Below, in pieces: positions 1 through 13,769 of a stretch of DNA of 60,375 bases. The stretch lies in the NCBI GenBank assembly GCA_012026655.1, contig JAAILG010001907.1:1-60375 (forward strand). Direction: 5' to 3'. Made by a program: the position numbers and the translations under genes. The stretch is from Hydrolagus affinis. Taxonomy: Eukaryota. The notes beneath the pieces were generated by a model. It had not been told where the DNA came from and did no database searches. It saw nothing but the letters and a program-made list of their open reading frames with translations. The stretch's first letter is position 1; each line of letters begins with the position of its first letter.

Positions 1-12
1 AACAGTTGCAGA

Positions 13-237
13 AATGGGGCCAGGGGAGAAAGGGGGAAAAGAGGGCAAGGGGGGAGAGGGAGGGAAAGGTGGTGTAGAGCAAGGTCAGGGAGGAAGAGGG
101 GTGAGAAACGGGGGGCAAAGGAGAGAGGGAGGGAAAGGTGTGGGTGGGAGCAAAATCAGGGAGAAAGGGGGGGCAAGAGGGAAGAGGGAGAGAAGGGGAA
201 AAGGGGGAAGAGAAAGTGGGGAAAGGCAGTGAGGGAA
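13..237 (+). repeat. G/A-rich low-complexity tract
   Basis: Strongly purine-biased with many G3-G6 runs. Confidence 0.9.
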
Positions 238-1449
238 ATGTAGAACCCATCAACTTTAGCCAGTTGAACATCTTTCTAATAGAGGCTTTCTTTTTAAAAA
301 AAATGTATATTTACTTCTGATAGATCATCCTCCAATTCTTATTCATGGCAGAAAAAAATCATTTCCCAAATTTAATTCAAGCCAAACATAACCTTGATAA
401 CCTTCGCTAAAATTGCGAATCTGATTTACTCCCACAAGTTTTAAGATGTTTGCACAATTTAAAAGAATGACCTGATAATTATCTTAATTTGGCAACTGAG
501 AATATTCACCAGTTTCACATACACTGTTAAAGCCTTCTACTACTTCTCAGCTGATGTCTTTACACTCTTTCCTTGGTAATATCACACCATATAATCCTCC
601 TGAGACATACAATGTGGAGGTTCAGCACCAGGCTAATGTTCTTGCTCTTTTCAATCTTCTTTCTGAACACACTAACACCTTGTGGACTTTTTACACAGCA
701 ACAAAGATAAAGGAGCTTAACCTCACTGCTGGTTGAATATTGGAATCTGTAGCCTAGATTACTGGCTGTAATAGACACATAGGTAATTTCCCACAGAGAA
801 TTATGGTCAGGATTTCAAATTGTTTTAGGCAGCTTGGGGTCACTTGGGTGCAGACACTGAGGATGTTACAAACACATTCCTATAGCTGGTCGGCCTTAAA
901 CAATTTGCCTGGTTTCAGCGCCTTTATTTCTCTCGTGATATTGAAACACATGGAATTCTACGTCTGGTGAACCAACAAACTTTAGAGGTTATTGAATAAA
1001 ATGTGCACATCTGCATAGGAATTGCTTGTGACAGAATAGTGGACTTTCTGAGTACAAAAGGCAAGCTTAGAATACATTCCAAATGTCTGATTCAGCTATT
1101 ATTTTTAAAAATATTTTCAAGTCATTGTAACTTTATCAAAGTTAGACCACTCGTTTTTGCAACAAGGCTGGAGGGGAATATCAGCAAATTCATTTTAGAA
1201 AAACTAACTGAAATCAGTGTTGAATCATCAGATGAGAGACAGTGTATTAATGTCATGAAATGATAGGGCATGTGTTGAACCAGTAGACTGGGGGCATAGT
1301 CTATCAATCACGTGAAGTTATACAGTGGAAGGATTATGCTTGCAAAACTCTATGCAACAACACTGTTGTTGAAAATCTGGTGTTTTATACTCACACTGCA
1401 GGATATTAGCTGTGGGAAATGGACCATTTTCCCGAGTAAAACACTTAGA

Positions 1450-1771
1450 TCAGGGGGTCATAGAGTTGTCAACACCCCCTTTGTTGTGCTACGAGCCTCA
1501 GCCTCCCAAGTGAACTCTCTATTGCACGACAGTGACATATTCCATTTGCTGCATCAGCTGTCCTGCAAGTAGTCTGGATAAGATTGCCAATTTAATGCTT
1601 GTTTTGTGCTGTGGGTCTGTGCCCACTGGGTTGAGATTGCCTACATTCATTTCATAAAGGACTCTGACAGCTAACAAAGAGAGGTGGCTTTCATCCCATC
1701 AGTCTGATCTGGATTTAACCCATGTCTACAGGTGAAAGGCCAGTGTCTAACCCACTGTGCCACTTAATTCC
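1450..1771 (-). mobile_element. LF-SINE-like element
   Basis: Minus strand: GTGGCACAGTGGGTTAGACACTGGCCTTTCACCT..GGGTTAAATCCAG..GAAAG..TGAAATGA..TCTCAACCCAG..CACAGCACAAAA..AATTGGCA..GGCTGAGGC. These blocks follow the order of the LF-SINE consensus as recalled. Confidence 0.55.
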
Positions 1772-4700
1772 TTCATCTCTTTCAGCTTCAGCTGGTAGGG
1801 GATTCTGGAATGTGAAGCCAACACTTGCTTAATAACCAGAAGTGAAAAACAGAAGAATGAGTCGCTCAATCCATCCTTGTAGACCTCCAAGAGGCCTATT
1901 GTAGAACAGCTCTGATACCTGAGCGTCTACGCTCTCATTCAAGAAACAGAATAGGATCACGGAACGTCAAATTCAAAATGAGTTAAATGCAGAATCTTTG
2001 AGTTTAAAAAAAATTGAATGAAAGTTAACAAAGAAAGAATATAAATTATATTTTAACAGATATTAAAGGTTCATAAAGCTGTAGGTAATCTGCAATTGAA
2101 TCTCTGACAGCCAATCTGTTACAGATGAAAGGTGGTCATGTACTAAAGAATTTTAGCTTATCTTTGATCTTCTGGTTCTAGAGTCTGGAATTAGCTACTT
2201 TTGGAATGCTTAGATTATGTTTTTAAATGAACAGTATAAATTCAGAGTATAAATGTTTATAATATATTACACATACACATATTTGCTGCACACAACACTG
2301 CTTAACATGGTAATGAACGCGAAGGTACAAAACAGCCACAAAACATTTATACTCAAAAGGTAGTTTTTATTCCAAATGGAATTAATTCCAATTTATGTCA
2401 ACCACTTAGAATACTTCAATTTAAACAATAATTGGCACAGATAGTGATTTGAACAGGATGAATTCTTAAACCATTCTTTAATCTCCAGTGCAAGGACTCC
2501 CAAAGTAGTTTGAAACTACAAGTACAGACGCTATGAATCAAACTGCAATTTATTCTTTTTTTCTTTGAAAAGGTCCCTAGACATTTCAAATTTCACTGTA
2601 TAAAGCTACATTTCCAATGACATTCAAGTCTGCCTCTCTTTTTTAAATGGATTTCATATACATTAAATGCTTTGGTTTCTCAAAGCGTGGTATAATCACA
2701 GGAAAAATGTAGTACAGGTACTGTATTATCAAATCAATCCAATAATGCAATCTAAATGTTTGCTGAAAAGCAAAGTCACAGGAGGTTTTTCCAGCAGCTT
2801 TGCTGTGAAGTAAAATCTCCTCTATAAATCTGGATGGAAAGGTTTAAAAAAAAGTTTGGATTTCTTCCTAAGCCTAGTCTTTTCCTAGTGGTGAAATTGA
2901 ACATTCGATAGTGTTTTATATTCATAACATGTTGCCAAATCGGCAGGTGATTTCTTATGGCCCTAAAATGAAGGCAACAAAAGCTAAGCGCTACCTCACA
3001 TGAAGGGTGCCGTACAAATGCAAGTTGTTATTGTCGTTGTCTTATTTGCAGACAGACACAAGCTCCTGTTCCCCACTTGTCTTCATCATTTTTTTAAAAA
3101 GAAAGCTCATCGGCCACACTCAATATGTAAAAAGCGTATGCATGTTTGGTTAATTGAATCACAAAGTGCATTGACTTATTCAGCTGTTTTGTTTTGTAAA
3201 TGTGCAGCATATCAAGTTCACTTGTCCACCATTTGTTGATGGCTCTATGGTGTTTTGGAGCTGTGGATTGCTCTCCCCTCTCCATGATTGTGCAGAGAAA
3301 GGAATGTCACATGGTCACAAGAGTGGTATAAATGAATTAGACCCTTCTGACCTTTTCCCTCTCATTTGACTAGAATGTCTGGATAAGGCAATAAATTGCT
3401 TGAAAATCCTCTGTGCCTCACGAGCTGTCGGCACATGCTCTCTCACTATCCCCAAATCACTCTCACACACTTCATCGCCATCCCATAAACCCTGGTTACC
3501 CATACTCTCTCTCGCTGTCCCCACACTCACGTTTGCTCTCTCCACTTGTTATTTGTTATAAACAAATGCAGATTGACAATGTTGCTCACCTTCACTATCA
3601 AAGTGTAATGCCAGGAAGCTAAACAAAACATAAACTTGTACATGGTAGGTATTGAATCAGGTTGTACTGTGTATGCAGTGGAGGCTACTGAAACAGACCC
3701 AATCATGTGTATTGTCACATTTTATTGCAGCATAACATGGGGCTTGGCTGTGAAGATTGATAGTTTGCTTTTCAATCTCTCACTAAATGGCTATTGCTTT
3801 ATCCAACTGTGTGAGTACATCATTCAACTTGGTAACTGTGTCATGAGAGAGTTCAGCTGTGACACTGTGGGACACCGCATTACAATATCAGACTTCATTG
3901 TATTTTCTTCAATCCTCTCACCACGCCATGTACCATTCCCTAAGATGAAAGACCAAATGGGAAATCTGTTCCCACTAACTAACTGTCAGTGCTGCACTGG
4001 GAAAAGGCCCTTGGACTATCCCTTCCTTTTAGCGTGGAGTGCTTCCTCCCAAGTTGCCAACTCAGGTGATTTGGCTAAAGATTTTCCCCTTAATCACCCA
4101 TCGTACTTCTGCCCACCAAACAGAGTTCCCTTTGTCCTCCTTAAAACATTTGGTTTATCATGTTTGTTGGTGGTTCACTGTTATGAACAAATTGACTGCC
4201 TTATTTACCTACTGATACACAGTCATTGCACTCTACGTATATATGGTGAAGATTTCAAGACTTATTGGAGTACTATGTGTTGAGAAGTCTGGCCAGTTTA
4301 TATGTCTCAGACAGGAAGAGATGGTTGTTCTCTTGATATCTGGGTCACAATGTTAGAAACGTGATAAAACGGTAATGGTAGATTGCTAAACAGAATGGAG
4401 TGGCTGAAAAAATGTTCATCTTGGGGGAAAATTATAATTGCAAAGGCCAATGGCTAAGATATAATGAAACCAGAATCTGTTATTCAAAAGGTTTATTAAT
4501 AATTGAACAAGTCTTAACAGGATGTACCCTATTCTGTGAGCCTAATTTGATTTTTTTTTAATTTTCCCCTGACATAGGAAGAATTATTGCAATAAGACAT
4601 CAAAATCAATTGGATTTATTGCCTGTTTTCTTTTACCCAAAGTCTTCTCATTCATTTTACACAAGGTCATGAATTTAGTTTTGCTGAAGAAAGCTTTTCA

Positions 4701-7671
4701 ACTCTATTTGAGGTCTATTTGATCTCATCCTTGCACCCATCCTACCGTATTCGAACACAGCATCGGGAATTTTTTAAAAATGCGTCTAGCACCCCAATCT
4801 CAACTGGTAATCTATTCTTATCATGAATTATCACCTGAGATGCCACCTGGGGTGGAAGGTGCTACATAAATGCAAGTTGTTGTTAGGAAAAGAAATGCTT
4901 CCTTGTGAGTAAATTCCTAAAATTGTCCTTTGCAAACACCCAGTGAAATGCAAAGTTGAAGTTAAAAGAAGCTAAGACTCTGAACATAGAATGATACATT
5001 AACTGAAAAGACAAATTATTGACATTCCAGCAATATGCTACACACATTTTAAAGTCCTCTCGTGTTCTTTTCATCCCTTTGATTTTGAGTGTTTGTTTAG
5101 CTGCATAAAAGCCTTCAACAGGAATTGCTAGTTGCATTCAGTTTGGGAATGCTATTCAGCCCATTAGCAAGGTGGATGTTTTTGACCTTCAGGCTCTGAA
5201 ATGACAGTGAGCTATTCATGGAATTACATAATATGCTATAAATTAGTCGGCTTGGGGCCGCGGTAAGGTACACAATGAACCATGTAATCGGAGTTCTATA
5301 TGGCATTTATTAACATTTTCTGATTAGAAAAATTATTTGAATAAACTGAGCAAACACACATGAGCAGGGATTCCAAAAATTAATTCCTAAAATACAACCA
5401 TGAGGAGAAAGCAAAGCATAGGCTTATCGCTCAGTGTAGAAAGTATAAGGTTTCCAGTAAACTGCTTTATAATATATTTACATTATACTTGCAGTAAAGT
5501 GTAGCAGAATTTATTCATGGTCATGGGTTTATTACTTCAACTTGCTGGGAGTAACAAGAGCCAACATTCACTTCACAAGATCAGCTTGGATGAAGAAGGC
5601 CTTTTGCCTCATCTGATCTCATCCTTTCAGAACACCCACACCTACCATCTTCTCATCACAGCATCAACAGTTTTTTTAATCCATCCAATGTCCTGGCCTC
5701 AACCAACCTGTTCCATTTATTATTTTGCCCTTTGGGTAAAGCAATAATTTGGAGCATCTGCCCTGAAATTGCCTTTTGCAACTCTGAATCTGTGTTCCTT
5801 TGTTCTACTGTCCTGTTACCCTACTCCAACAATAGTGACAATGACAGCTATTCATGACGTTACATAATACATTATGAATTTTCCTTCTATTGCAGCTCAG
5901 CAAAGGAAACACGGGCTAAACACTTGCCTTATACAATACCGACTGTGGTATTTCTTCTCAGGGTACATTTCCCAAGGATCTTGCTGAGCTCTCCTCCACT
6001 GCTGTACATTCTGATGCAGTCTGTGAAGTCATTCAATTATGCGTTCCTCCTTTAAACCTAGCTCTAAACCACTGGCTTTACAGCCTCTCAGAACTGCCAA
6101 AAAACAGCAATAATTTGCACTTATAAAGGACCTTTCATGAAGGAGAACATCTCAAACAGTCCGGCAGCATTTAAACATGAAATGAGTCAAAGTAATGGCG
6201 TATGAGAGGGGAATTGTCTAGTGCTCGCAGCAGAAACCCACTAACACTCGCCAAAAGGGAAATCAGAGCAGAATTCAGTTTGGCACTTGTCCTCTGTAAT
6301 TATACCCAACAAACATCAATTTTCAGGCTTGTGTTTTATAGCTGAACCCACTGAAAATTATCACAGCTATATTTTGCGCCATCTATTTTGTTCAATTATA
6401 TTCTTTAGCTGCAATTTCAAATGAGGATAAGTTGACAAGTGCCAGATGTTGCTGGTATTTCTTTACCTCGTTTGAAAGATTTGAATCCTAAAACAATGAA
6501 GCAGAAAGCATTAATGACTGACAGAGATGAAACACCAAAAGTAATAAAAAGAGTACAAATGAACCACATGGTATTCAACTGTTTACACCAGGGAAGGCAA
6601 TCTTGCCATTTATTTCCCACGTGTGTCTATTTCTCTTAAAATTATAGGATTAGAATATTTTGCACAGTGAACCAAGACATATCTGTCTATCTTGAATATG
6701 CTCCCCAAACAAATCTGCACAGCATAATCTAAAGGACATTAAACATATATTTCTGGGGGAAAAAAAAATGAACAAAATACCTCCCAATTCTCCTAGGTGT
6801 TCATTAATGGATACTTATGACAGAATAGTGTCAGGCTTAATTTGGTAATTTTTCTGGAAAGCTTCCTGCTAGCACAGTGGGAGAGGTTAGGCTGCTGGGA
6901 AGGCATCAAGAGTGGAGACCATGGTGAGGCATTATATTTGACAACTACTTCACAAACCGTGGATTTTTCTACCAATAAAAAGTCAAAATGATTCTCAGAT
7001 CTTGTTCATGCAATTGCTGGAATAAGCACCATATGCTGCCAAGTACCTATTTTAGAACTGATTGCCCTGCCTCAGACTCCCAGCATGCGAGATCAAAATT
7101 ATTATGTGGATCATATATATCAGAAGATTGTAAGATAAATAATGTATGACTCTTCTAAGCCAGTCTCTGGAAGTGTGGCTTCGGGATATCTTTGCACTTG
7201 TATGCTATACGTTGCAATTGAACTGACATTGTCGGTGCAGAAATTTGCTTTTTTCCTCTCTTTTTTAACAGCTGTAAGAGGTTAATATTAAAAGAAAATT
7301 GCAGAAAGCAACGTTCCATTTACACTACCATTTTAATAGCTTTTATAACTTCATTACCAAGCAATGGAAAGGAATAGAGCACAGACTCAGCAGCATAATC
7401 CATGAGAGGATGTGAATAGGATGAAAATTAATGAGTGCTTTGAAATCGATTAAATAATTCTTCATCTCACAGGGGCGTAATTCCAAAACACTGCTCCAAA
7501 CAACAAATTAAGGCACTCTGACACAGGAGGAGGACTCGGTGGCATTACTCAGGTGGTGAGCAATTTATTTAGTGACATTTCAGTTTAGTGGCATTCTCTG
7601 AAAGAACCTCCCAGTCTTGTGACCTCCATCATTCAGGAAAACAAGAACAGCCATAGGACCATCACCACCAC

Positions 7672-7962
7672 CACAACAACAAATTACATTTGTATAGCCC
7701 CTTGCACTTCAGGAGGACGTCCCAAGGGATACGCACCCAAGCTGATGTTTGGAATCAGGCAGGATGGAAATCAGGGAGGGTAGGAATAGAAGGGTGACTG
7801 AAGGCATGTTTGAAGAGGAGGGTCTTGGCGATGGGTCTTGAAGGAGGCAAGGGAGTCAGTAAGGTGGGATGGAGTTCCAGAGGGTGGGAGCAGAGAAGCT
7901 GAAGGCCTGCCTGCCAATGGTGGGGCTGGTGAGTGAGGGGACATGAAGCAGGGTGAAGCCCA
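7672..7962 (-). mobile_element. L2 LINE 3' end, apparently inserted into an older LINE 3' fragment (about 7620-8110)
   Basis: ACAACAACAAATTACATTTGTATAG..GGACGTCCCAAGG..TTTGAAGAGGAGGGTCTT..GGAGTTCCAGAGG. The downstream flank CCTTCACTCTTGCT..AAAATCCTGGAAGTCCCT resembles another LINE 3' end. Confidence 0.75.
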
Positions 7963-9409
7963 TTGATCACTACCGCCACTACCTGGATGTATATCTCCAT
8001 TCCTTCACTCTTGCTCGCTTAAAATCCTGGAAGTCCCTATCCAACACCATTGTGATAGCAGCAGCAACACATGCAGTTTAAAGAGAAGGCAACCAGCGAT
8101 TGCCATTGCCTGGGTCGAGTATAAAAAGAGTCAACGTGAATGCCAAGGTCATGGCACCTGGCTATAATGTTGCCCAATAAATTGAGAACCAGTTTGGAAC
8201 TGGAGATAGACTAGCCAAGTTTCATATTTCATTACCTCTTCCATATCCAGAAAATGCAAACCTATTCTTTGAACATGAAGCTCAAGAGTCCCCAAATGCT
8301 TTGCCCTTTTCTGACTACCTCATTTGACAGTGGGGTAGAATGGCTATAAAGGTCATTTGCTTTACTGATGCTGTAGTGCAGCAAGTAGCACTGCAAAGTT
8401 TTATGCTCTTTAGAATAAGAAGCATGCTGAATGTTAGTGAGCAGCAGGCCATATGAACAGCTATTATCCTGTTTTCACTAATAGATAATTTGTTGTTAAA
8501 CTGTAAATTTGGCATTAACTGTACACGAATGTTAGCATAATTCACTGTCAGAATCATAGTGTGAGACCACCAGATGGAAATTCAGAGCGTCTAAAACACT
8601 TCCAACGAGACCCACCTCCAATTGTAGTTTGATGCTTCGAGTAACAGTTTACCAGCACCAACAAAACAGGTACAGTTCACACAATGATCCCAAGCTGATG
8701 TACATTCACAAGATCGATTTGGACAAAGATAGCCCTTTGGCCCATCCGATCCTATCCTTACGGAACATGCATCCTAGCACTCACCTCCATCATAGCATCA
8801 AGCTGCTTCTTAAAATGAGTCTCAGTGTTCTGGCTCAAGTTCCCTCCTGGCACGAAATATTACTGATGAAGTTCAATTATCAAACCCAAAAAGTCCTTGG
8901 AGCACAAGAAAAAATTGTATTTCTTTCTCTCAATTGAGAGAAAGAAATACATCAGGTACTGATGAAAGCTCCTCTGCACATAAGCAATTAAGCACATACT
9001 CATTTTGCTCATGAATGGCAAAAGCCTTTTTAAAAAAATGTTATTAATTGGAAATAAGAAATGTGGCTTCTCTCCAATAACATTAAAATGTCTAATGTAA
9101 TCCAATGGACTACTAAAAAACACTTTGTATTGAAACAAGATGTATCCATCTATACAGAATAAATGTTGATCATGCGGCATTAAAAGGTATACAATAAGGA
9201 AATGAATGGCTGATGCTGTAAAGAATAATGAGTTAAAGACAATAATTGTTTGGCTAATAAAATTAAACAAGTAGGGCGAACCGTGTGATGCGGCGATAAC
9301 TGCTAACTTTGACAGAATGATAAATGAAATGTCTAAAAGTCGAAACTCTGAACAATAGGCACAGGATATCTGCATTGCAAGATAATAATGATTGAACAAA
9401 AAACACATA

Positions 9410-9456
9410 ACATATATGTATATATATATATAGATATATAGATATAATATATATAT
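9410..9456. repeat. Interrupted (TA)n microsatellite
   Basis: Directly visible. Confidence 0.9.
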
Positions 9457-9954
9457 GTTAGAATGAGACAATGAGAAGAATAATATAGACTATATGAATG
9501 GGAAGTAAACCTGCAAAACAGAACGACCCTGAGACTTGGATCCTCACCAGCTGTGACCACAAGCATAGAGAAACATCTACAACAAGTTGTAGATAGAAGA
9601 GAATAACAGGATCCAACCAACCCGGCTACCTAACATTACAGTACACATTGTGAAAGGAGGTGGTAGACAAAGAAATAATGTCTGTAAAGCATCTCGTGTT
9701 AGACATATGAGTAACTGCTATGTGCAAAAATCCATGATAAACTACACTATATAATCTGTATAGTGGGTCACTTGTTGCTTTTCGGGCTATAAGAAATCGT
9801 ACTTACTGGTCTGACAGCAATGGAGCAGTCAGAGTATGTTGAGCAGCCTTAATGCCATTGCTGTCCAGAAGTATGGTCTCTTTTCTGTGTATTATCTGAT
9901 ATAACACTTTTTGAATGCTTGCCATCTTTGTGATTGATTCAATTAATAAACTTG

Positions 9955-10025
9955 TTCCAGCATCTTGGGACGTCCTCCTGATATGAAAGGCGCTATACAA
10001 GTGTAATTTTGTTCTTGTTGTTGTT
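9955..10025 (+). mobile_element. Ultra-short L2 tail insertion (similar copies at 30239-30303 +, 35399-35470 +, 44140-44210 -, and weaker ones near 2985, 4850, 6105, 24890)
   Basis: CAGCATCTTGGGACGTCCTCCTGATATGAAAGGCGCTATACAAGTGTAATTTTGTT..(GTT)n. Confidence 0.8.
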
Positions 10026-11019
10026 TTGTCTAAATCTGCATACTGGAGTCCTAGTGAAATCCTTCCACTGCTAGCAAATTATTTCAACAAATAAAAATTT
10101 TCATCTTGGCAACCTTTAATAATAATATCCGCTTGCATTTATATGGCAGTCTTCATGCAAGTAGTGTCTTGAATTGGTAGAAATGTCCAGCAATCCAATA
10201 GAAAAGTTACTGCTTCAATCTTAACCCAGAAAGAAAAATGCATTGAAAAGGAATCAAATGATCTGGAAAGTGGAAAAACGAATGGAGCAAATGACATACT
10301 CTGAAGGAAGGAACATGTTTCATTCCTGACAATTACAACTTCAGTATTCATGTGAGCTTTTAATAAAAAAAAAGTAACATTTCCTTTATTACAAGATTTC
10401 TGTTATGAACCACCATTTTGTTGGAAGTTGCAAGGCAGTAACAAGTGTAAGGAGTTCTGACGCAACTGTGAGGTATTAGTCAATGAGCAAACGCTGAAGG
10501 AAAAGCAATGATGTCTCAATATTTCAGGATGGATTCTCCACAAGAAGGCAAATATGGCATTCAGTAAATGAATGCAACAAATAAAATAAAAATGGGAAAC
10601 GAAAGGTCGAACTTTCCTTAAAATTGAAGCTTAACAGTCATAACATGTATCAGACAAAGAGGCAAGGGTCCAGGTGCATTACCTGAATAGATGCAGTGTT
10701 AGGTATAAACCTAACTGGATCCTATTTATTTGAGGTCATCATAGCCTGAAAGAATTGAATCTCAACCAGCAAAATGGGCGTTTTATCAATCGTATCTTCA
10801 GTTCTTGACTGCACAAACTTTTTTAAATGAGTTCAGCAACTTGGTCTCGACCATCTATATTGGTAACCCATTTTAGGGTTAATTACCCCCTGGGCAAAGA
10901 AATATATTTTGGTGACTGCACTGTAGTTACTCCATGAAACCCTAAATCTGGTTTCTTGTTCTGCTATCTCGGTGCATCCGAAAGTTATTGTTCTGGGTTT
11001 ACTTTCTCAATTTCATTTA

Positions 11020-11160
11020 AAATCATATATACATTGAATAGGCTCCCTCTGAGACATCCCTTTTCAAGCCTGAAGAGCCCTAGCTTGTCTAATCTCCGCT
11101 CATAGCTCTAACACTGGGGATCATTCTCATTGCTCTTCTCTGTACTACCTCTAGGCCAGC
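11020..11160 (-). mobile_element. Old CR1 fragment
   Basis: Reverse complement decodes to a decayed SYxxRLDKLGLFRLEK..LRG motif (AAGCCTGAAGAGCCCTAGCTTGTCTAATCT). Confidence 0.65.
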
Positions 11161-12647
11161 GGAAATCACTTTCCAGAAAAAGCTTCTAAAAGTTTAGATC
11201 CAATAGCAGCAGCTAAAATGAAGCTGTCTTAATGTTTTCTGTTAACTCTGAGCCCCTCCAGAAAATGTTTTACTGCTTAAAACCATGCAAAGCAGCTTAA
11301 ACACCTTTCTATCAGGTCTTATCCCTTGTAGTAAAGTTGTATTTCTTAAAATCCCACGAAGTAACTTAATAGGAAGATGCCCCCACATCCGTAATATGCC
11401 TTTGTGCTGTGTTCGTCTTGATGTAAACCTATCAGACACGGCAGAATGGCATTTTAAGCAAGCACCTTATAAGTAAACTGTTCCACAAGGCTCAAAGCTA
11501 TGAATCTTTAATTGATCTGAGCTGGCAGAAAGCAATGTTTATACAAGTTAATAAAACTCAAACTCTGAACACGGTACTTGTGTTGTCTAAACACTTTGGT
11601 AATGAGCATATCACACAGCTGTTTTCACTGAAAGGGAATCTGATTGACAAAACTCTGAGTGTTTCCACCAAGTTGAAAGCAAAGAGGAAGTAATTTATTT
11701 TATCGTTGATGTTTTACATGAGTTTGAGTTTTCCCCTGGATAACAGTATATTGCTCTACCTTAAGAAGCACAGACGTGTTATCTGACTGAGATGCAGGCT
11801 GATGCTATAATTCCATTAACATGGAATGATTGACAGGTGTATGTGCAAAGAGATCATGCTATAGTGCAATCATGTTTTATTAAATACACTAAATTTCCAA
11901 TTTTAAAACCAGCATCCCATCAATTATTCCTTTCTAATAAAATATCTTCAATAAAGAAGCCCTTCTTCAAACAAATTGTGTTAAAATGGTGGTTTCATTG
12001 ACATTGAGAATTACGGGGCACATTCTGAAACCATGTATATGTAGTTTTCAGGAAACGGGTTCAAATAACTATTTTTAGTACAAGTGTAATCTCTGCTCTA
12101 CCAGTGTGGGGATTACGCTAGTGCAATGAACATAATAAAATAGGGGCTTATATACTTCATCAGACTGGACAGCAAAATATTCAACATCAATAAACCTAAA
12201 TAATGTTCCCAGGGAATCACATGGCTGTTACATAGGGGAGATGAAGCTGCTATCATTTTAACAGCAGCAGACAAGACTGGAAACAAAAGTGGAGGCAATG
12301 ACATTTCAAATAAATGCCTGGTACTTCAGTCAGTTTATATTGGATCTCTACCAACGGGACAGTAATTTATGCACAAGTTTGCTGGTTTTGCCTTTTTAAA
12401 AAAAATGTTTTGCTCCTTCACAGTACTTTGTCTAGAGACTCAGCTAAGCGAAATAAAACGAGTACGCCACAGTTATCTTAACCAATTCACTGTATGACTG
12501 ACATCTTCACATTCAAATCATTGTTGGCAGGCGCCTACAACATTCAGTCACTACACTTTACCATAAATCCTGTGGTATACGTTGAGACATCCACCTGATT
12601 TGGAAGGGAAAATATCAAATGCAAGGATTCTTATTATTTATCCCCTG

Positions 12648-12975
12648 TATCACCAGAATGATTCAGGGCTGAAAAGGTTAAATTACGAAGACAGATTGCA
12701 TAAACTTGGTTTGCATTCCCTGGAGTTCAAAAGATTGAGGGGCGATCAAATTGAGGTAAATGGTAAAGGAACTCAATAGGATATCCAGAACGAAAGGGCA
12801 TAATAGTAAAAATTAGAGCTGGGCCAATTAGGAGTGAAACCTGGAAGCATTTTTTCACACAAAGGATTGTGGAATTCTCTCATTGATGATGCTGAGGTAC
12901 CGATCAGCTATGATTTAATAGAATGGTTAAACAGGCGTGATTGACTGAATGGTCTACTCCTGTACCTATGTTCTC
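12648..12975 (+). mobile_element. CR1 LINE 3' fragment, internally deleted
   Basis: GLKRLNYEDRLHKLGLHSLEFKRLRGD; TTCACACAAAGGATTGTGG; tail AATGGTCTACTCCTGTACCTATGTTC. Confidence 0.85.
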
Positions 12976-13769
12976 AAATTCAAGGATTATTATTATTTAT
13001 CATCTGATATTTTAGTCTCATATTACAGTTTGTGACATTTGCTATTTGTGCCTTCAAGTTGATGCCCCAGTGATTTGGTTGCTCTGAAAATATTCTATGC
13101 ATAATTTGACCGAAGGATAACTTAACAATATCTGCCTCCATTACAGGATGCGTTCTTTTTAACGGGTTCCCAAAAGGACTCACAACTCAGCGCCCCTCAT
13201 GAATTGTTTTCCCTTGTACGCGTAATTGACACCAATAGATACAAGGACGTACGAAGTACAAGAGCAGAACAAACAGAAGGTGGAGTTTAAATTTCATAGC
13301 ATTCCCACTCGTAGCCGTCAATATAAAGCTTACATTTCATCGGTAAGTTCTGCTGGTTTCTTATGCTACAGGTGTCACCCCGACTGGCAGATTCAAAGGA
13401 ATCATTTGCGCCATCATCACCTTAGCAACAACATTCATAACATCATCAGCTTAGAAACTCTGCAGGCTGACCGTTTGATTTACTTTATGTACTTTATGAG
13501 ACTTTCATGGTTCCCAAGCACTTCCCGTAAAATCTTAATTAGATACCTACTTGAGTTAGGCAACTATTGATTTCAGAACCCATTTAGTGCATTTGTTCAC
13601 ATTGGGCGCAGTGCTGTCCATAGCCAGTGTGCCTTTATTATCGTAAATGACTCAGTGGGTAAAATGCACCATGCAAATCCATGCAGGCCAGGAAACATTC
13701 CAGCTTCAATTTGTGTTCTGTCATGTTGGCCTCAATTTCCTTATCAATGGAGAGCAAATTTTAAACTCA

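Noticed and set aside
14-232. Gly/Lys/Glu-rich ORF
   Set aside because: Translation of a purine-rich low-complexity tract.
3636-4283. 215-aa ORF
   Set aside because: No recognisable motif, intron-like composition, antisense within an intron; likely chance.
8860-9471. 203-aa hydrophobic ORF
   Set aside because: Produced by T-rich sequence and a (TA)n repeat (YIYIYI); no family signature.
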